The notes beneath the pieces are model-generated. The model ran no database searches. It saw only the letters and a program-made list of their open reading frames with translations, and was not told the DNA's origin. The position numbers and the translations under genes were made by a program. A stretch of DNA of 64,000 nucleotides from Candidatus Latescibacterota bacterium (GTDB lineage Bacteria; Latescibacterota; UBA2968; GCA-2709665). The stretch's first letter is position 1. Each line of letters begins with the position of its first letter. The stretch lies in assembly GCA_965208835.1 (NCBI GenBank), contig OZ242358.1, positions 1,376,001 through 1,440,000 on the forward strand, in the 5' to 3' direction. Positions 59,689 to 64,000 of this stretch are shown piece by piece.

Positions 59689-59858
59689 GGACGCTCATGT
59701 ATCGATTATAGCTGCACTTATTTTTCTTAATATAAGGGATTTATCTTTTTTCGCCCGAACAAATCGGAATTTTTGCAATCAGCCCGTGGGATAATGCCTG
59801 AAGTTTCGATTCGTCCAGGTCTGTGATGCAGAAGATCGAGATACAGACAACGCGTCTT

Positions 59859-59989
59859 GCAGCCCGTTGAAAAAGCCCATCCGGGCTACGGCCGGCCCTT
59901 GCGGTCGAAATACTGCGTTGCGCGCCCTCGCCGAATCGCGGGACGGGACACCATACCTCGCCTGCAGAGCGACTTTTCCAACGGACTGC
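59859..59989. mobile_element. MITE-like element with IS5/IS1182-style ends
   Basis: GCAGCCCGTTGAAAAAG ... CTTTTCCAACGGACTGC inverted repeat abutting CTAG at the Lhr stop codon. Confidence 0.65.
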
Positions 59990-62900
59990 TAGGGAACCGC
60001 GATTCTTCCCAGGTATTCACGGAGCTTGGGCGGAACGTGCTTCCGAATCAGACTCTTTTCCATCGCCCAGGCCGTTTCGGGGTCGAGCTTCTTCTCGAAA
60101 TGAACGGACTTTCCTTCGTAACGGCCGACGGGTTCCCCGTCGCGATAGAGGATTCTGTTCCCGGGAGTCGCAGGTATACGTTTGCCTGGGGTAACGACCC
60201 CGACCAGATTGACGGGATCGCAGGCGCTGACGGATACGAGTTCGCCCTGTTTCCTTTCCCGCTTCAATGACCGGATGACGGTAATTGCCTGGGGGAGCGC
60301 GTACTGTTCTCCCCATCTCTCCACGAATCGGCCTCCCCGAACCTCGCCGCGGTCTTCCATCCTCCTCAATACCCTTACCAGTTCACGCCAGGGCGGGATG
60401 CCACTCTCCCTCGCCAGTACCCGTCTGAACACAACCCCGTACCGTTTCAGCAGGATCCTGGCGCATTGTTCGATATCGGCCTGTTCTTCGTCTTCGGTTT
60501 CGATCAGGGACCACCGGCCTGCCTGTTCCATGCCGAAGACCGGCCCTCGATTCCGCCGGGACCGGACCTTGAATTTTTCCGGAATCAGAAGCGCACGTAA
60601 TCCGGCGAAACTGTCGCAGGTCAGCATTCCTGCAGCCACAAGTTCGGCGATGCCGCTCTCGATCTCGCTTTTGAGCATTTTGGAGCGGGAAAGGATATCG
60701 TGGTAAAACAGCGCGCCGCCAGTTTCCAGACATTCGAGTACTCTTTGCGCGGATGGGGTAAGGACCGGCGCGCAGGCGTCCGAAGGCCGAAACGGCCAGG
60801 CCGCGAAAGTTGTCCGGTTGACCAGGGTGATCGGCGTCGTGCGGATCGGTGTGTTTCCAGCCCTGACGCTCTGTGTCCTGAGATAACGGCCCCACATGGT
60901 TTTTCCGGACAGGCAGAAGCTGTCCAGCCAGATATGGTCGTAGTCCTTTATGCGCGAAGGCAGGACGTCGCTCTCCCACGCAATGGCGGGACACGAGAAT
61001 CCGTCAAGCTGATCCAGAACCTCATTGAGCGCCTCGGGACCTTCCTTCCGTGTACCCTCCGTCAGGCTGTGCCAGCGGAGCAGGAACCGCATATAGTCGG
61101 ACGAGGAAATGGGCTTGATCGCTCGCCGCAGCTTTTCGAGCGTATATCTGTGGATGCGCGCGAGCAGGCGCCGTTCGCACCATTCGGTTTCCGCATCGGA
61201 AGGCAGGTCCGGAGAGAAGTGGCCTCTGATCGCGAAGCCTTCGGATTCCAATGCGTAGAGCGCCTGGTCGACTCTGTTCCTGGAAAGGCTCATATCCGCT
61301 GCGATACCGGACGCGGTCGAGGGACCCAGCAGCTCGATTCTTCCTCTGATCACGTCAGTGAGGACCTGTTCCGGATCCTCCGACGGGAATTCGCGGAAGG
61401 AGTCCGGAACCGCCGTCTCGACGCTACCGACGGCCCCTGCGTAGAGGACCTCGAACTGGGGGACTCGTTCGACGGCAATCCAGAGTTTCGGACCGTCCTT
61501 CGGCTCGACGGGCGCCGCCTGGCCTGATTCGACCAGCGACGCCAGCAGCGGGCGCCATGTCCCTTCGCCGCTTTCCGTCACTTCCGTGTCGGTCAGGAAG
61601 CCATGCATCACCAGAACGTCGTACAACTCGTCGGCGTCCGTTACCGCGGGCCAGGCCTCCGCCTGCACTGCCTCAATCGCGCCCTTCTCGAGCTTGCCCA
61701 GCTTTCTGGCGTCTTCAGGTTCGAGCCGTCTGCGTGTTCTGACGGCCTGTACCCGACGCTCCTCCAGGGGCGCGTCATCCAGAAACGCATAGGGTCGCGC
61801 GTTGAGGATGCCTTCAGACATTGGAGAGGGTTCGCGCAGGTCGCGGGCAGACACGTCAATTTCACCGCTGTGAATCCGCTGGAGAAGACGTTCGAGGGCA
61901 TCAATGTCCATCGCCTCGTGGAGGCAGTCGTGAATGGTCTGGTACACAAGCGGATGGTCGGGCACCTCTCGGTCGCCAGGGATGTTTTCGAGGCAGGCGA
62001 GCTGATCTGGAAATACCAGAGCGAGCAGGTCTTCGGCATCGGATCGCTGAATCTGAGGCGGCACCCTCTCTCCGCCCCGTCGCCGGAGTACGGCCAGAGC
62101 GGTACAGGCGTTCCATCGCCATCGCGCCTGAAACATCGGCGCATCAAGCAGGGCCTGAACGAGAACCTCGCGAACCGTCCGGTCGTTAAGGTAATCAACC
62201 ACTTCTTTGAGAGGAAAACTGTGCGTTGGACCCAGGGAAAGTACAAGGCTCTCTTCGTTGGCAGCCGCCTGGAGTTCGAAGTTGAACTTGCGGCAGAACC
62301 GTTTTCGCAAAGCGAGTCCCCACGCTCGGTTCAACCGGCTTCCGAAGACTGAATGAATGACAAGGTGCTGGTCTCCCACTTCGTCAAAGAATCGTTCGAG
62401 GACAATGTGGCTCCGGGATGGGACCAGGTCCAGAGATGCTTTCGTGGCAGCCAGGTAGTCCACCACCTGATCGGCTGCTGCTGCGCTCGTGCCGACGTCG
62501 TCCGTCAGCCACGTGACGGCGTCCCGCTTCCATTCTACCGACCCGTTGCCATCGAGTTCGTCCAGGTTAATCCGCCTGGACACTTCCTCGCGGACGCGGG
62601 AGACCGCTGTTGACAGCTCCGCGGACCGGCCCGGGGCTTCTCCGATCCAGAACGGCATCGTCGGCGGCAATCCGTCGGCATCCTCGACCCGCACCTTTCC
62701 GGTTTCCACTTTGAGGATCCGCCACGACGCGGTGCCCAGCTGGAAGATGTCTCCCGGCAGGCTCTCGACGGCGAAATCCTCGTGGACGGAGCCGATCTGG
62801 ACGCCCGACGGTTCGAGGCGCACGTCGTAGTCGAATTGGTCGGGAATGGTCCCTCCGGAGACGGTCGCGTTGAGACGCGCGCCCTTCCGGGCCTTCAACG

Positions 62901-63999
62901 TGCGCGTAACCGGGTTGAAGTGCAGGTAGGACCGCCGCGTGCCACGCCGGAATGTAAATCCTTCGACCAGCATCTGTATGACGCCGTTGAACTCTTCTCT
63001 TCTCAAATCCTTATAGATAAACGACTTGCGGACGACGTCGTAGAGCGCGTCCGCCGTGACTTCGTCGCAGGCGACTTCCGCCACGATCTGCTGGGCAAGC
63101 ACGTCCAGCGGTTTTTCCGGAAAGGGAAGGGTGTCCAGTTCGCCGCGGCGGACGCTGTCGAGCAGCGCCACCGCTTCCACGAGTTCGTCTTTGGTGAGCG
63201 GAAACAGCTTCCCTCTCGGTGTACCTTCGAGCGTGTGACCGGACCGGCCCACGCGCTGAAGCAGCGCGGCGATGGACTTGGGAGAACCGATCTGTATTAC
63301 CAGGTCGATGGATCCCACGTCGATGCCCAGTTCCAGAGATCCCGTGGCTACCAGCGCCCTGAGGGCCCCCGCTTTCAGCCTTGTCTCCGCCTCCTGGCGT
63401 TTCTCGCGTGACATGCTCCCGTGGTGCGCCGAGACGACTTCGGGGCCCAGGCGCTCGGACAGATGATGCGACAGGCGTTCGGTCATCGCGCGCGTAGGTA
63501 CGAAGATCAGGGTGGTCTGGTGTTCGTTGACGGCGTGTTCGAGCGACTGATGGATCTCTTCCCAGACTTCGTTGGCCATGACTGCCGTGAGCGGAGACTC
63601 GGGCAGTTCGATCCGGAGTTCCAGTTCGCGTCGGTGCCCGATATTCAGAATCTCGCAGGATTCCGCGCCTCCGGTGAGAAAATGCGCCATCCGATCGATG
63701 GGTTTCTGTGTGGCGGAGATGCCGATCCGGTGCAGCGGGCTCCGGGTCAGCCGCGCAAGCCGTTCCATGGAAATCGACAGGTGGGCGCCGCGTTTGTTTC
63801 CGGCAACCGCGTGGATTTCATCCACGATCAGGGTGCCGGCGTTGCTCAGCATTTCCCTGCCGCCGTTGCTCGTGAGGAGAAGGTAGAGGGATTCCGGCGT
63901 GGTCACCAGGATGTGAGGGGGCGTCCTGACCATCTTTGTTCGCTCGGTGCCCGGCGTGTCGCCCGTTCGGACCATCGCGCGTATGTCCGCATCGGGGCA
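59989..63999 (-). CDS. lhr: Lhr family DEAD/DEAH helicase, long form; 5' end outside the window
   Basis: RTGDT, LVTTPESLY, DEIH, SAT, HHGSMS, SLELGID, QRVGRSGH; C-terminal LLKRYGVV..VRGGRFV. Frame is open to the window edge. Confidence 0.95.
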   Translation of the reverse strand, partial: CPDADIRAMVRTGDTPGTERTKMVRTPPHILVTTPESLYLLLTSNGGREMLSNAGTLIVDEIHAVAGNKRGAHLSISMERLARLTRSPLHRIGISATQKPIDRMAHFLTGGAESCEILNIGHRRELELRIELPESPLTAVMANEVWEEIHQSLEHAVNEHQTTLIFVPTRAMTERLSHHLSERLGPEVVSAHHGSMSREKRQEAETRLKAGALRALVATGSLELGIDVGSIDLVIQIGSPKSIAALLQRVGRSGHTLEGTPRGKLFPLTKDELVEAVALLDSVRRGELDTLPFPEKPLDVLAQQIVAEVACDEVTADALYDVVRKSFIYKDLRREEFNGVIQMLVEGFTFRRGTRRSYLHFNPVTRTLKARKGARLNATVSGGTIPDQFDYDVRLEPSGVQIGSVHEDFAVESLPGDIFQLGTASWRILKVETGKVRVEDADGLPPTMPFWIGEAPGRSAELSTAVSRVREEVSRRINLDELDGNGSVEWKRDAVTWLTDDVGTSAAAADQVVDYLAATKASLDLVPSRSHIVLERFFDEVGDQHLVIHSVFGSRLNRAWGLALRKRFCRKFNFELQAAANEESLVLSLGPTHSFPLKEVVDYLNDRTVREVLVQALLDAPMFQARWRWNACTALAVLRRRGGERVPPQIQRSDAEDLLALVFPDQLACLENIPGDREVPDHPLVYQTIHDCLHEAMDIDALERLLQRIHSGEIDVSARDLREPSPMSEGILNARPYAFLDDAPLEERRVQAVRTRRRLEPEDARKLGKLEKGAIEAVQAEAWPAVTDADELYDVLVMHGFLTDTEVTESGEGTWRPLLASLVESGQAAPVEPKDGPKLWIAVERVPQFEVLYAGAVGSVETAVPDSFREFPSEDPEQVLTDVIRGRIELLGPSTASGIAADMSLSRNRVDQALYALESEGFAIRGHFSPDLPSDAETEWCERRLLARIHRYTLEKLRRAIKPISSSDYMRFLLRWHSLTEGTRKEGPEALNEVLDQLDGFSCPAIAWESDVLPSRIKDYDHIWLDSFCLSGKTMWGRYLRTQSVRAGNTPIRTTPITLVNRTTFAAWPFRPSDACAPVLTPSAQRVLECLETGGALFYHDILSRSKMLKSEIESGIAELVAAGMLTCDSFAGLRALLIPEKFKVRSRRNRGPVFGMEQAGRWSLIETEDEEQADIEQCARILLKRYGVVFRRVLARESGIPPWRELVRVLRRMEDRGEVRGGRFVERWGEQYALPQAITVIRSLKRERKQGELVSVSACDPVNLVGVVTPGKRIPATPGNRILYRDGEPVGRYEGKSVHFEKKLDPETAWAMEKSLIRKHVPPKLREYLGRIAVP

Positions 64000-64000
64000 G

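Overview
GC-rich bacterial genomic window, mostly metabolic genes. The gene mix (Gfo/Idh/MocA, sulfatase, heparinase-like, PmoA/DUF6807, XDH-family, TonB receptor) suggests a diderm heterotroph such as Latescibacterota or Gemmatimonadota, but this is inference only. No rRNA, tRNA, CRISPR array or transposase was seen. Recognisable content: penicillin acylase (partial), bioA-bioD, pgi-like, glcB, a three-subunit xanthine-dehydrogenase-family enzyme, a TPP-riboswitch thiOSG-tenI-thiDE operon, infA, an orphan DNA methyltransferase and an Lhr helicase (partial). Three things stand out. (1) A four-gene cluster at 6255-12762 (fatty acyl-CoA reductase, non-canonical acyltransferase, alkyl-DHAP synthase, DHRS7B-like reductase) mirrors the eukaryotic peroxisomal ether-lipid pathway. 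(2) A patatin-Omp85 / kinase-like-Omp85 / DUF4956 / YjiK operon is bracketed by direct repeats. (3) Several families of structured intergenic repeats sit right at start and stop codons, one of them between the TPP aptamer and thiO. All calls come from reading motifs by eye; no searches were run.
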